The notes beneath the pieces are model-generated. The model saw nothing but the letters and a program-made list of their open reading frames with translations. It did not search any database and was not told the origin of the DNA. A stretch of 62,240 nucleotides of DNA, filler included, from Platydemus manokwari (lineage: Eukaryota): NCBI GenBank assembly GCA_037951405.1. It is 6 parts of 6 records of this genome, joined end to end, with 100 filler letters (N's around TTAATTAATTAA, not from the genome) between each part and the next. Parts side by side here need not be neighbours in the genome. Positions count along the whole stretch, not along the records: positions 39,592 to 52,212 come from JBBMOY010043346.1; positions 52,313 to 62,240 come from JBBMOY011188322.1; 4 more parts are not named here. One strand, written 5' to 3'. Below, one piece after another: positions 41,634 to 55,094 of the stretch. Each line of letters starts with the position of its first letter. Positions within the stretch are counted from its first letter, which is position 1. The position numbers and the translations under genes are program-made.

Positions 41634-44478
41634 GTCAGATCATTATCAGATTATTGTCTTTGATAGTTTGCTTAGAATCGAATTGTTCTCGAACCCCAAG
41701 AGTTATATTAGTATAATAAAATTGAAAATATATAATTTAAAATTGTAAATAGTACAAAAGGCCGGAGGTGTTGAGTTCTACATAAGAGTGATATTTTCTC
41801 AAATATATTTTCTTGCAAAAATTACAATTAAAAAAGATCGTTTTCCAATTGTCAAAAGCGTAAAATTATTTTTTGAATATTCAATGTTTTTTATTAAATT
41901 TCAAAAAATGCATATTTTCTTTCTTTCACTAATTATCTCGTAATAAGAAAATAAATTAGTCGAAAAAATCTATCAATCGATAATTCGAGTTTTTTATTTA
42001 TTTTTATAGACTAATAGAATAACTAATTTATGAAATTAGAATGTCAATTAAATCGAGATATAGGTTACCCCAATTTAATATTAACATCAAAGATTATATA
42101 TCAAAATTCAGTGCGTATTATATTTGTAGATATTTTTATCGTATATTATGAAAATCAATAAATAAATTTTCTGCAATCGATTGGCTAATTAAATTTGCAT
42201 AGGGAATAAAAATTATGTTCGATATTCACTGTCCCTAAGTATTTATAGTTAAATTGTAAATCACAATTTACACACCTAAGATAATATGGGCAATGTTTAA
42301 CACTCAAAAATCACAACAAAGAAAAAATCAATTATCATATCACAACGATATCAGCACCCGAATGATTAAAACAACGACACAGATTAGAATCCATAAAATA
42401 ATGATGCTCAGAATAATCACACAAAGAAGCACGACAGATACAAAGTTTAGCTATCATAAAAGTCAAGCAATTGCTCTACATATCCAATTCCTTTTTATAG
42501 ACTCGTGTGTATTTACCTGTTCTCTTGCAGGTTTGATTGTTATTCACCAGTACTGTTTAAAGACTAGCTTATTGACAATTTTGCTCATGAGTCTCTTGTC
42601 ATTGGCGTATCTCGATATCCGTTGCATGTTGTTGGTGTGCGACAATTGAAGATCGGATTCTATTAATTGATATTGAAGTTGATATTGTGGCAGCCGTAAG
42701 TATTCTGATCTTTAGATTATAATGAATATTGATATTTTTTATTATAAATATTATTATAATGATAGTAATAATTATAAATATTGATATTACCATTTATATC
42801 TTAATATCGTAATTATTTTAACATAATTATCTTCTTTTGGATAGCGCAGAGTTATTGGATGTTGTTTGATAGAAATGTTTACCGGGCTGTCTTAACAATT
42901 ATGAAGGGAAAATATATTAATGATTATAAATCTGATTTAATAAGCTTTTAAGGGACTTCTTCGAGTCAGATACCAATTTGTGCTGATTTTGCCATTATTT
43001 ATCTACCTATTCATGACGCTGCTGGAAGAAGGTATTACTTTGTTAGTTAAGAGGTTATTTAAAAAGGGTGGTTTGTCAGCATGAATTGCTTTTTGCTCAT
43101 GAATGACATTTTTATTGAAAAATAAAATGACAAAAAATTAAAATTAAAATGTTTCAATAATATATAATCATCTAAGTTACAATTCTCAATAACGAATCAC
43201 ATGATAAACTGAAACAAATTCGAAATGTCAAAATAAGAATACTAAAATATCGATTAATGAGAAATATTGATAACACGAACACAATAATGCTGCTAATAAA
43301 AATAAAAGTAAAATCGAAATGATAAAAGGAAATTCTAATTTATAAAACAAATATCGTTTTGCAAAATATAAACCTTAAAATGTCTGAGTGACTTATAAAT
43401 GGGGCAAATAAGTATTGATCATGTAATAAAAACTCGCAAGTCTACAACAGTTAGTCTACCAATAAACCGTCTGTTTCGAAAGAAATAAGATTCCCCGAAC
43501 CCACGATTTCATATTTTTATCACTGGTCGATTGGAAAAGTCAAACAAATTCATTATCACTTACCACTTCAACATTGGGATCTCTCATATATGCAATTTAT
43601 TTGGACATCACATGTGTGCAATGCTGGCCTTATGAATCGCGAGTAACATTTTCGAATAAAGACAATATATTTATATAACCTGTATCAAGGATAAGAGTTT
43701 GCGATTAGATCAAAGAATTTTAAATGAATTCTTAAAAAGAATCCAATTTACAAGATGAATGTAATGGAATTGATATTATTTATGGGATTTCATTCGAAAA
43801 CAGTAAATAATATTAAAAAAATTTTAAAAAATAGATTTGTAAATGTGTTCGTCAAGAAAAGAAACCAGGAGAATCTCGTTTGCAAAAATCTACACAAAAT
43901 GCACTATGTTTTCAGGCTCTTGAATGAAAACTTCGACTATTTAGAATAAAAATTATTTAATATTCCTTTTGGCATATCAAATGAAATTATTAATAAAGTT
44001 GTGTTAAGTTTTGGGTCATTGTGGTTTTGGTTATCTCAATTCTTTATTTAACTTATTTATTCATATGGTCACTGTTCTGTGTCTAAATCAACCCCATGAG
44101 TTCTTGTAACCCACGACCAGTAAGTAACCTAATCTATTAATTCCTTTTTGTTTTTAGCCTCTATCACTTCAAATATTCGTGTCGAAATAAGATGAGCGAC
44201 GTAGGACAATGTTTCCATTAATTTTATACCTATACAAACTTCACAATCAAGAAGCTGGTGAAATGAAAATTATTGATATTTTCATGCAAATGAAATTAAT
44301 CCTTAATGCATTTGGCTGCAATAAGAACACTAGCACGTTGGTTAAATAAGTGTTACTGATAGGTTTTTTTTACAGACGACAACACAGTTCTTGGATAGAA
44401 ATAGTATATTGGAGCAAAATACTGGCTCTATAAATGGGATACATGCGATCGTATATAAATAAGAATGATTCTGTAGAT

Positions 44479-44776
44479 CAGTGATTTCCAACCACTGTTC
44501 CACTGAACCTTAGGGTCCCGCAGTACACTTCAGGGTTTCCGCAATTTCTAAATTTCTAAATTAGAACAACGAACAAATAAACAAAATGTTAAATTCAAAT
44601 TCGAAAATCTATTTTATTATTATTTCATTATTATTTGTATTATTTTATTATAAGTTACTGTTTAAATATACTAAATTTAACATAATTAAACTCGCTGCGT
44701 TATTGCACATGGGTTCCTTAGGCCAGAGGAATGTTTCCCCGGAGTTCCTCTCCAACAAAAAGGTTGAAATCCACTA
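44479..44776. mobile_element. hAT (Charlie/Buster-type) MITE
   Basis: Ends are CAGTGATTTCCAACC and GGTTGAAATCCACTA. Flanks CTGTAGAT and CTCCAGAT are an 8-bp TSD with 2 mismatches, fitting the NTCTAGAN preference. Confidence 0.78.
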
Positions 44777-45084
44777 CTCCAGATACTAGGCGCTTACTAA
44801 TAATCTGATATTGGTTATGGTTGACTGACAAGTATTCTGATTCGATTGCTGACCTTACTGTTAACAACCAGATCGTATAATTTTGGCAGTTGTCATCGCA
44901 AGAATTATGCTTGATTGAAATGAGTTTAAGGCTTCATGAGTCAGCATTTTATGACTTTATTTATATTTAAAATATTCTCTTGGGATTTAAAAGCGAAGAC
45001 AATTTTATTAATGGATTTCTATTTTGAAAATGTTGTTAAAATATCTTGTCTTATTATTTTAAATTCCTCGTGGATTAAAAGGTC

Positions 45085-45532
45085 GGCTCAAGTTAAAAAT
45101 AAAGATCCTAAATTAAAATTTTAAATTTTTTTGTTTATTGCAAAATTCTATATAGTTAATTTAATTATATTCTTTAATAACATCTGGAATTTTTTATTTA
45201 AGTACTTAAACATGATTTTAGTTGTTTAAAATCAAATATTAAATAGAATGGAGCTTAAAAATCACCTAAAATTTGATTGCTCGATTTATAATTATAAAAA
45301 TTTAAATTTAAAAACTTAAATAATCATACAGAGGTGTTGTGATTAGAGTAGGAATTTGGTTTCAAAACTATCTTTTGTCACTATTAGACATCTTAAAAAA
45401 TAGGATATTAACTGAATTATACGAATAAATCAGCAGCTATATATGTATAAGTAAGTTATAAAATTATCTCATTAGCGAAAATTTATTATAGCGAAAGTAG
45501 GTCAAAAAAGACCCGTTTTCTTAACTTAAGCC
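45085..45532 (+). mobile_element. Non-autonomous Merlin-family element (shorter deletion derivative)
   Basis: Ends are GGCTCAAGTTAAAAA and GACCCGTTTTCTTAACTTAAGCC. Shares long blocks with 3331-3908 (TTGCAAAATTCTATATAGTT, GAGCTTAAAAATCACCTAAAATTTGATT, GATATTAACTGAATTATACGAATAAATCA). No TSD visible. Confidence 0.78.
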
Positions 45533-46199
45533 AAATTTTTGAGTAAATTTTTTATACTTTAATTTGGTCAGATACAAAGAAACAATGACAGCAAAGTTAC
45601 TTTCTATTTTATCAATATTAGTAAACTAAAATGATCTTCTTTAATAATCAATGGAAATTCATAATATCAATTCTCGCTATCTATTCTTAGAAGCTTATTG
45701 GAGTTATTCATGATTATCTTTATCAATCAGAAGTCAATAAATCACGGAAAATACACAAGAAACTTTTAACAGGTCATTTATTGATAATGACATATTTTTA
45801 TCAGTTTTAATTAAAATTCAATTTTAGAGAAAAAAGAATAAAGACAGCTTAATTCTATAAAAAAAAACACAATTTAATTTCGATTCAACATTGCATACAA
45901 AAGTTGCTGTTATCCGGATTCACAAAGCACTTAGAATGATTAACAATGTCATGTTGATATCTAAAGCTCGAAAGAGATTAATAAGACCTCTTATAAAATC
46001 TCAAAGCGATTAATCCGGCTCCATCCATCATCAATGAAATATAAAGCAATATTTTAACTGTTCATTTTTATATTTATCTTGTAAAATTTTCTTCTAGATT
46101 GTCATGTCTCTACTTTGAAATAGAAAAGAGAGGACCTCAAAAAATCATCGACATTTATAAATGTTTGTAGATATTTGGTTATATTTTTGAGGTTCTTTA

Positions 46200-46432
46200 T
46201 CATTTTGTGAAAGTTGATTTATTTGATTTATTGAAGGACAGGAACTAAATTGAGTTATTAAATCAAGTTCCTAATTGAACCAGAACACTTCTATATGAGA
46301 TTTTGAGTTCTTAAATTTAAATTTATATAATTATAAATCGAGTCAGTTAAGTACCGATATATTTAATAATCTAATATCATTTTTCTTATCAAAAAATTTA
46401 ATAATTTTATAAATTTAGAGTATCTCTCAAAT
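46200..46432 (-). mobile_element. Internal fragment of the same Merlin family
   Basis: The reverse complement (TTGAGAGATACTCT...TTTATAATTAT...ATATAGAAGTGTT...GGAACTTG) matches 3604-3770. Boundaries approximate. Confidence 0.6.
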
Positions 46433-49400
46433 CTTGCAACCAATCATGTTTTTTTATGTTTTAACCTGATTAATCGAAATATTTGAAACAATAAAAACTT
46501 ACTCGTAATTTTATCCGTAGTTAATTTTTACTTGTAATCGTGCCATTTGTGCTATTCGTGCTCATAACATTCATTCCATGTGTCCATTCATACCACTCGT
46601 ACTGGTACCAATAAATATGCGAATAAAATTTCGATTAAATGTGTAATTGATAAAAGTCTAGAGTATTGATTACCTATTTTCAAATTTTCTTGTAATTTTA
46701 ATGAATATTTGATTTATTGAATTTTTGTTTTAATTAATTAGATTTAAATATTTTCTATTATATTTCACATAATTATTAATCATAATTTTTTGATTTTCTG
46801 TGGTTTTATTTAATTTTCATTATAATAATATTTTTTTTCGAAAAAAATACATAAAATTTACGTTTTTCTTTATTCGGAATTTATCTAGATCTGATATAAA
46901 AATCCTAAAATTGATACAAAAATCCTGAATTAAGAAAATCCAAATAAAATTTCTTTTACCGCTGTTTAGGGGTCTTGAGGGGGTGCTGAACCTTTTTAAA
47001 TTTCAGGGCGAAATCTTGAACTCTGATTACTCCACTACTTTTTATAAAGTAGAATTTTTTGGACTTTTTTCGAAAACACATAAACCAAGAAAAAGACAAC
47101 TGATATCGATTACAATCATCACAATAAATAAGTACAGAGTAAGAAATCTCGAAAACAGTCTTCTATAAAACTAATGTTCAAGTAAACTAGATTTATCGTA
47201 ACCAAAATAATTGTATCGAATACCAATTAGACCATACTTTAGCAATACTCAAAAATTCAGCGTCTCGTGTTGGTAAACTAGTAGCAATTTTTCTCCTATC
47301 AATTTCTCAATAATTCTATTAGTTCAATATCATCTGTTAACTGAAATGGTATAATTATTCTCAATTTGTTTTCTTGACAAGTTCTCTTCAGTCACAGTTC
47401 TAACTCATTTTTTGTGTATGCTCTCATTATACGCTGTTTCGAAAAAGTAAATTCAAGAAAAAGCTTTAAAATTATTTATTTTCCTTCATTGAAAAGAGTC
47501 TTTGAAGTTTTAATTCCGCTTACTTTCTCCTTTAAACTTCTACGAATTTAAATTTAAAACAACTTTTATTCTCAAGTTATTTTTAGGGCTTGTTTACTGA
47601 CTGCTTTCGTCAACTAATTTTATCGAATTACAGACCAATTTGTTTATTAGCTAATAATAACTTTTATCAAGCCTAGTTTTACTCGATTCCTAACAAACCA
47701 CTGTTTTTTTTAATCCGACTCAGTTTCCAATTTAGATTCCCCTTTGAGTTGTGTTGGTTGTGAATAATTTTAAATAATGGTTATACTTATTTTATACGAT
47801 TCAGTAAAAATCAATTTTCATAAACTAGGAAACCTACTACTTCCTATTACTACTAAATCCATAACGTATACTGCTACAATGTTATTACAGTTTGAAGTAC
47901 ACGACACAAACCATAGTATCTATATTAACGGCTACACAAGATCAGAAAAATTCCTAAATAAGTTAGGCATATCATTCTAACCTTTTCCTTGAAATAGCTC
48001 TTCAATCTTTAGTCAATCTTTATGCAATAATTATCTGGCTTTAATCTCCTGAGAACCATGTGCATTAATTTGGGATTTTCTATTTTTATTCTCGACTTTT
48101 TATCTCCTACTTAAATATTGCCAGAAATATTGATTGATTTATAATGGACATTTTAATTGGATTTCAGGATTTAAATATTATCGAGAAAAGCTAACGTTGA
48201 GCGGGTTTCTTAATTATAATTCTGTAGCATATGCAGTTTTCTAAATGTTTAATTCAATCCAATCTTTAGATTGGGTGTCAGGCGTTCAGCACTATTTCAA
48301 TTTTTTAATGAGGCAGGAAATAATTCCAATATAATACCATAGAGAATCGGACAGTAGATATTAAACGAATTTAGTGGTATCGAGAAGCATTTCTACTAAA
48401 TTTCATGATAGACCTTGAACCATTGTTTTAGAAAATTTATTCGTAAAACAATATTGATTTTATTTCCTGGAATTCATGACACTAATTAATATAGAGTAGG
48501 GATTTTAGTCGATCTATTTGTAACCGATATCCCATATCTGTTCAAAATAGTTTAAAGCATGTTTAGTCTTTAATTTATAAATTTTATATTTGACTTGATT
48601 TCCAATTGCGTTTCGGTTTGAGAAGAACATGAACTACATATGAAAATTATTATTTCTCTTAAATGAATTGTAAAGGGCTTGATGGTCTTTAATTTGTTAT
48701 AATTAAAGTTTCGAACTTAATAAGAAATGGTTTTGAAGAGCCAAGATTCCCAACCCACTTAAATGTTGTGTATCAAAATAAAAGGTAAAAGAATTAGTTG
48801 CTAGGATTAAGAACAGTTATTTATTCGATAAACATTGGATTATATGATAATTTTGACAAGCTAAGATTCCAAAAACTTAAATTACCAGAATAATAATCTT
48901 TCTGTAGATTAGCTCAGAAATCACATCTTCTTAATTGGTATTCACCTGTCTCCTTAAATCTTTCTACGTAACAACTTCCCATCTGATAGATAATACCTCG
49001 GTAAAACACTATCAGGTCAAGTAAAAGTTCTTTGACAAGTAAATAGACCTCGTAAACAATCGGTTTCGTAGTGTCATAGTCGTGATAATGTATTATTGAC
49101 ATCCATCAAATTGACAGCGACATCACTAACATTGGCTATTTTAGGATCAACATCAACTTGTAGTGCTCCTATTCCTGTTGGACTCTGAAGAATCAAATTC
49201 CATTCAATATCTATCTTAAATATAAATCACAAATTTGTTTTTCAGATAAAAATAGAAAAATAATTGATTAATAATTAAAATATTTTGCCTTTCGTTTGTG
49301 TATATTAAAACAAACCTCATTATCGGTCTTAATTACAAATCCCAGAAGTTCGATCTATTCTCCATAGTAATGCAACATATTTAATATCATTTCTGTCCAA

Positions 49401-50079
49401 TAACAGATGTATTAATATCTTTTCTTGATTTATGAATAGGCATTGGAATAAAGTTGGATGGAAAAATGTTTTCGTAGCAATTTTCATAGCAACCATTGGC
49501 TTGGACAAAATGATATTTTACGATTCAATAAAATTTCATTAATTCTTAACGAACGAAACTGATTGGTAATATACTTGATATTGGAAATATTACTGAAGCT
49601 CTGAAGAGTAACATTAATTAGAAAATTATTGAGATTTAATGGTTTTCCTTTACGAAAGAAAATCGTAATGATAAAATATACAACTATTTCAATTACCGAA
49701 TCACTATTTAACACTGATATTAATTCTTTCTTTCATTGAAGAACAAATTATTAATAGCAGGGAATGAGATGTTATTCTTGTTTCTAAAAATTTCTTTATG
49801 CCCATTCCGAATCGACAATTAATGAAACACACACAAAATCTTTAATTCATACCGGTGAGCATTATTAACTGATATTAATTTTAAAATCGCTGGATTATAA
49901 ATTTTTTATGAAAGATATTTTTATATATATAAATAATTTAAATTTAATTTATATTTATATCGATATTGTAATTAATTGAATTTTCAAATTCATTAGATTT
50001 AAAATTATTCTGATCAATATCGCCATTATTAAAATCTATCTGAGTTTATTATCTTTAATGTAAAATGTAGTTATTTTAA

Positions 50080-50790
50080 AATGTAATAAACGCGGAACAC
50101 AAATGAAAAAAGCACAAATGCAGACGCTGCCATAATTACAAAAAAATCATGTTATATGCTCTACAATGTTGTAACCCTAAAAAAAATTACGCACTGCTCG
50201 CCATGATGCATGTTCGAACAAAATTGTTGAGTGTCTCCGTTCAAAGGACATCATTGTAGTGGTCAATCAAATGTGTTCCCTGTTACCAAATAGCAAACAA
50301 CGTATCGATTTGATGATAACCAATGTCGAGAAGAAAATGATACATTGAAACTAACTGATACATTGATAAACTTTGAAGAATTGGACAAAAATAATATAAC
50401 TCACAATACCGATTTTAGAAATGAGCTAGCCAAATTAACCACACTTTAATATTGAGCATTTAACCTGCATTATAGGCCTTTCGGTACAGTTCCGGCCTCA
50501 ACTGAAGCAAATTTAGCAAAAATTGGAATTCCAATAACAAAAATCCGAAATCTGTTTAAAGAATGTGCCAAAGGAAACATTGACTCCTCATAAAAAATTT
50601 GACATTTCCGCTTGACCGGTGTTCTGATAGATTTTATATAATCTATAAAACATTCATTTGTTCCAACCACAAGGGAGCCGAGATGAGTGAAACATTGTAA
50701 CAGGCCTCGCCTTTACTGATCCGATGACGTCACGAATCAAAAGCTTCTAGACTCAAGTAGGTCAAAGTATATCCTAGAAAAATGTACCAA
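50080..50790 (+). mobile_element. 3' end of an RLE-type non-LTR retrotransposon (R2/NeSL/R4 group), decayed
   Basis: KCRRCHNY...ALQCC (decayed CCHC finger, 50116), ARHDAC (RHN/D motif, 50199), SKQRIDLMI (RPD-like endonuclease motif, 50301), NFEE, then IIG/PFGTVPASTEANLAKIGI...CAKGNIDSS*KI*H. The motif order is that of RLE elements. Absent from the ORF track because of stops and frameshifts. Confidence 0.75.
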
Positions 50791-52141
50791 AATTTCATTA
50801 AAACAAATCTTATGACAAACTAATTGTGGATTAAAAATATATTCTTTCTGGATTTAATGTTATGGAACTTAATCTGCCGATAAAAGAATTAAAACACAGG
50901 AATAGTAAGCAGATCAATAGCATAAGGAAACAACTTTGAAATGTTTGATAAATTTATAAATAATCGATTGTTTTTCGCTGATATATCGGTAACAAAATTT
51001 AAATCCTGTGTTTTGAACCTTAATATTACAATAACAGTTGAGGTTAAAATAGTTTATATTTACCATATTTAATTTATAAAAAAACTGGACCATTGTAAAT
51101 CAATTATAATAAAACATAAAGGCTTTTGTAAAAATTTTGATGTTGACAATTTAAAACCAAATTAAGGTTATAAATGACTGTCGTAGATATCCAAAAAGAT
51201 TTGTCTTTGAAAGTCTGATCTACAAGAAGAAGTAATAAATACATCGACAGTTCTGGTTAAAACGACTTAGCTCGAGATGTTTAAAAGACATCATCTTAGT
51301 TGTTTTTAGTTTTTAACTTCATTTTTAAGTCTTCTCATTTAATATAATGTTGGTATGATTAACTATTTCATGATGTTCATATCCATAATAGAGATTGTAT
51401 TAATCTGGTGATTGATGGACAGGGAAAATCAATAAAAGCATATCGTAATAATTCCATTTCTACATTTCCAGTGATGAATCACAATGAATTATCGAACATT
51501 TAATAGTCGCAAAAACCAAAGATCACAAAAAGAAATTATTAAATTATAAAATCCATAACAACAAAAAACCAACCGACAAGCATAGAAAATAATGAAAACA
51601 ACTAGTGGAAACAAGTTCTAAATTATTAATAAATATTTCAATATAAATGTATTACGAAATCTCCCCGATTGATTTTTTGTTTCAAAATATAATTCAAGTA
51701 TCCGGATTCTGGTGCCTTTGTCTATTGGAACAAAGAATCAATTCGTAATACTCTCACAGAGTGACCTTGAAAGCAGTGGTTTCAGAATTATTTTTAAGGA
51801 GCTATTTAAGTAGAATCTATGCAACAAAGTAAGACAATAATTATCATAGTATTTTGCTATTAAAAACAACTTTCATTTTAATCTGCTACCACAGACTTTG
51901 CTTTTGTATTTTCTATGGAAACCAACCCACTCTAATTAATGTATACAAGCTTTTATGCATATTCGTGTCATTTTCGTTTGTTAATTATCGTGTTGAAAGA
52001 ATTGAGATTTGCTAGATAGATGAATAGTTCTGTCTATGAAAATAATGCAGATCTACAGCTTTCTATATTTTCCTTGTTAGATACTTCAGTATCTACATCA
52101 AACTGAAATTATTATCGATTTAACCAGAATAATTATAGATG

Positions 52142-52144
<3 letters not shown>

Positions 52145-52212
<68 letters not shown>
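52145..52212. repeat. (TTA)n microsatellite running into a gap; similar tracts at 1-90, 34105-34150 and 39700-39760
   Basis: Directly visible. Confidence 0.95.
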
Positions 52213-53145
52213 NNNNNNNNNNNNNNNNNNNNNNNNNNNNNNNNNNNNNNNNNNNNTTAATTAATTAANNNNNNNNNNNNNNNNNNNNNNNNNNNNNNNN
52301 NNNNNNNNNNNNTTTTGTTTTGTTTGTGTTTTGTTTTTTTTTGTTTAGCGAAAAAACCGGAAAGGAATTACCGACACACCTGGTAAATATTTATAATAAT
52401 GATTAAGAGATTTTTCTATGATAGATTCCTATTGATATCTTTATGATATGATATATTTATTTATATTATATTGAGATTATATTTATGAAAAATCGATTTG
52501 TGATCATATTATCATGAATGTATATATTATAAACATCAATCTATTCATCCGTTAAATCCGACAAAACGAAATTTATATGTATTATGCTTAAGTTAATTTA
52601 TAAAATAATAAAAATGCCAAATTTAATAATTTCTTGTTTTATTTTTACAATTTTATCACAATAAAATCAATAATGAATGTTAATTGGATTTAATAATGCG
52701 GTCTTTTATCATTAGAGATTAATAACATATAATAATATATGCTGGAGCTCATTGTAGCCGTGTTGCTAGCGGATAATAAGTGGTTATTGTTGTAAGTAAT
52801 ATCCTATCATTCACTCTGCTATTCCCATATTCACAAAGTAAAGTAAAAACGTCCTTATTATACACTCTGAAATAAACTAAGTTGAAATACAGGTCCATCA
52901 AGAATTAAATCGATTATTTCAGCTGTTAATTAAATTATAAATTATTATTATTAATTTTGTATGTTAACGGATTTCAAAAAATATTTTTATGTGAATTCAT
53001 ATTTGTTGGTCACAATTAGATCACAAAAAATATCTGATCATCTGCTTATTAAACCATTGTTTCAAACAATATTTAAAAAATGATCTATTTACGGTCATGG
53101 TAAATTTACCTCAATTTTATCCAATCATAATCCTTCATTTTCTAG

Positions 53146-53307
53146 AATAACATTGTTTCAATCAACAACTGGATTGGTACGGATTTTAGTTCTACAAAAA
53201 TTCGGCGAAATCTAAATCGAAATCTCAGCGTCAAATATCTCATCCCCGACATCGTCATTGAATATATCAAAGAGAACGAGCTTTATATTGACCATTCGAA
53301 AAAATAA
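53146..53307 (+). CDS. NMNAT: Last coding exon of nicotinamide/nicotinate mononucleotide adenylyltransferase (probable preceding exon about 53020-53099)
   Basis: After acceptor ttttctag: NNIVSINNWIGTDFSSTKIRRNLNRNLSVKYLIPDIVIEYIKENELYIDHSKK*. This matches the NMNAT C-terminal signature (N.W..ND.SSTKIRR.L....S..YL.PD.V..YI....LY). A 46-nt GT-AG intron lies at 53100-53145. Too short for the ORF track. Confidence 0.88.
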   Translation, partial: NNIVSINNWIGTDFSSTKIRRNLNRNLSVKYLIPDIVIEYIKENELYIDHSKK

Positions 53308-53947
53308 ATCTTATGAAGAATCATTGTTCATTTTTAGATTTCTTGATATATTTTATAAAATATAATTTTATTGTTTTGTTTTATCTCTACTTTAAAATGG
53401 CTCAATTTTTAATATGGGAGAAGCGTCTTTTGTACTGCTTGTATGTTTTGCATATACGAAGACGTTATTTTTTAATAAGTTGATTTCTGGGTCGATCATT
53501 GAGAAATTTTACAGTTTTCTGTAAATTTATAAGTAGCTATAATATTTTCACATCTCGAAGCTGATTTTTATCAAAACTTTGTTCGGAAAGTCTCTCATAT
53601 GTTTATCATCTAATTTGTTAACTCATGATTTCACATATTAGATACCAGTGCTTTAATAATACTGCAATTCATACATTATCGATAAAATAAATACAAATGT
53701 ATCAAAAAAAATCTGTAAATGCAGCTAGATGAAGTCCTTTGTTTGTATTGTTTATTTGATATACTTCTTGATCATCAATCTTGTAGTTGTTAAAAGAATT
53801 ACTTGTTATTGCCGTTATTATATATAATTAATAAAGCAAGACAGTATTTTTATTACTGATTATCACAAAACTTTCACACGTTCGTTATGATCAAATAACA
53901 GACATAATTTAACAGTTTATCTCAATCAATTTGTTTTTTCATTTCAG

Positions 53948-54000
53948 GAAACATTTTGTACAGACATTAGTTGCATGAATCTTGATGTTGCCTTATCATG
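53948..54000 (+). CDS. Candidate 53-nt internal exon of an unknown gene
   Basis: ttttttcatttcag/ETFCTDISCMNLDVALS/gtaatt; only one frame is open. Confidence 0.3.
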
Positions 54001-55094
54001 GTAATTTTTTATTATTATCTTATATTGCGGATAAAAATGGGTATAATGAGTAAAGTAATTTATTTACATTCACTGTGAAATATTAATAAATTATTCATAT
54101 TCATTAATGGAGTAATAAATATTAGAACAAAACAGTCTGTGATAATGGAAAACTCAATTAATATTTGATATCGAAAACGATGATTAACAAAATGATATTG
54201 ATAAAATTATAATCAGAAAAAATGATAAAAATATTAAATTAACTATGGCAACCATTAATAAAACATAATAAAAATAAGTCGAATTATAAAACCAACCAAT
54301 TATTTCATAATGATTAGGAACCATTAGTCCTTAATGATAAAATTATATTATTGGATTACGAAATAATTCGATTTCATTTCTCCTGATAATAAAAATCAAT
54401 TATCTATTCCCATTAAAATCTCATTAGAACATATTTTAATATAAACAGCCCATCAAAAACACAGAACAAACCCCCCCCCAATTAAAGCCATTAAGCCCGA
54501 TTTTGCTGCCGTAGTCAATTGTAAAACATTCGTATTAGTCAAGCATTATATGTCATGTTCATTTACAGAAAATTTTCCCATAACGTAAACAACGATCAAC
54601 CATATCATTTTGGAAATAATGAATAAGCAAATATTGGCTGTAAAATAATTTGCATCTATGTTCGGTAGTATTGATACTATTTATTGAGACAATCTAAAAA
54701 ATCTTGAGAATCAGTTTAGCTCCAATAGAACGAAATAGTCTTATAAATCATTTCAATCCATGAATTGTTTTTCGTTTGACATTTTATCGGTATGTACAGT
54801 CGTTAAAGTCAAAATTTATATTTTTTAATATATTTTATCTCAACAAGAGTCTAACGTTCTAATTTCAGCATAATGGTCACAAGGATCATCAATAGCAAGA
54901 ATCATTCATAGCCATTCACCGTCACTTTAGTTGATTTAAATTTATATATAAAAAAAAACATCAAATTTGAGTTTTTGTTGTTGGGCTGATTTTTTTTATT
55001 ATAATTGGATTATTAAATTATTATGATTGAACTTGATGTATAATATTATTAAAAGATAAGGCATGTCTTTGTACGATCTGTTACATTTCAATCC

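Noticed and set aside
46920-48292. Short inverted words (AATCCTGAA, GTGCTGAAC) as TIRs of one element; possible LINE remnant between them
   Set aside because: The order of the words is not mirror-symmetric, and the RT resemblance (SIYINGY) is too short to support.
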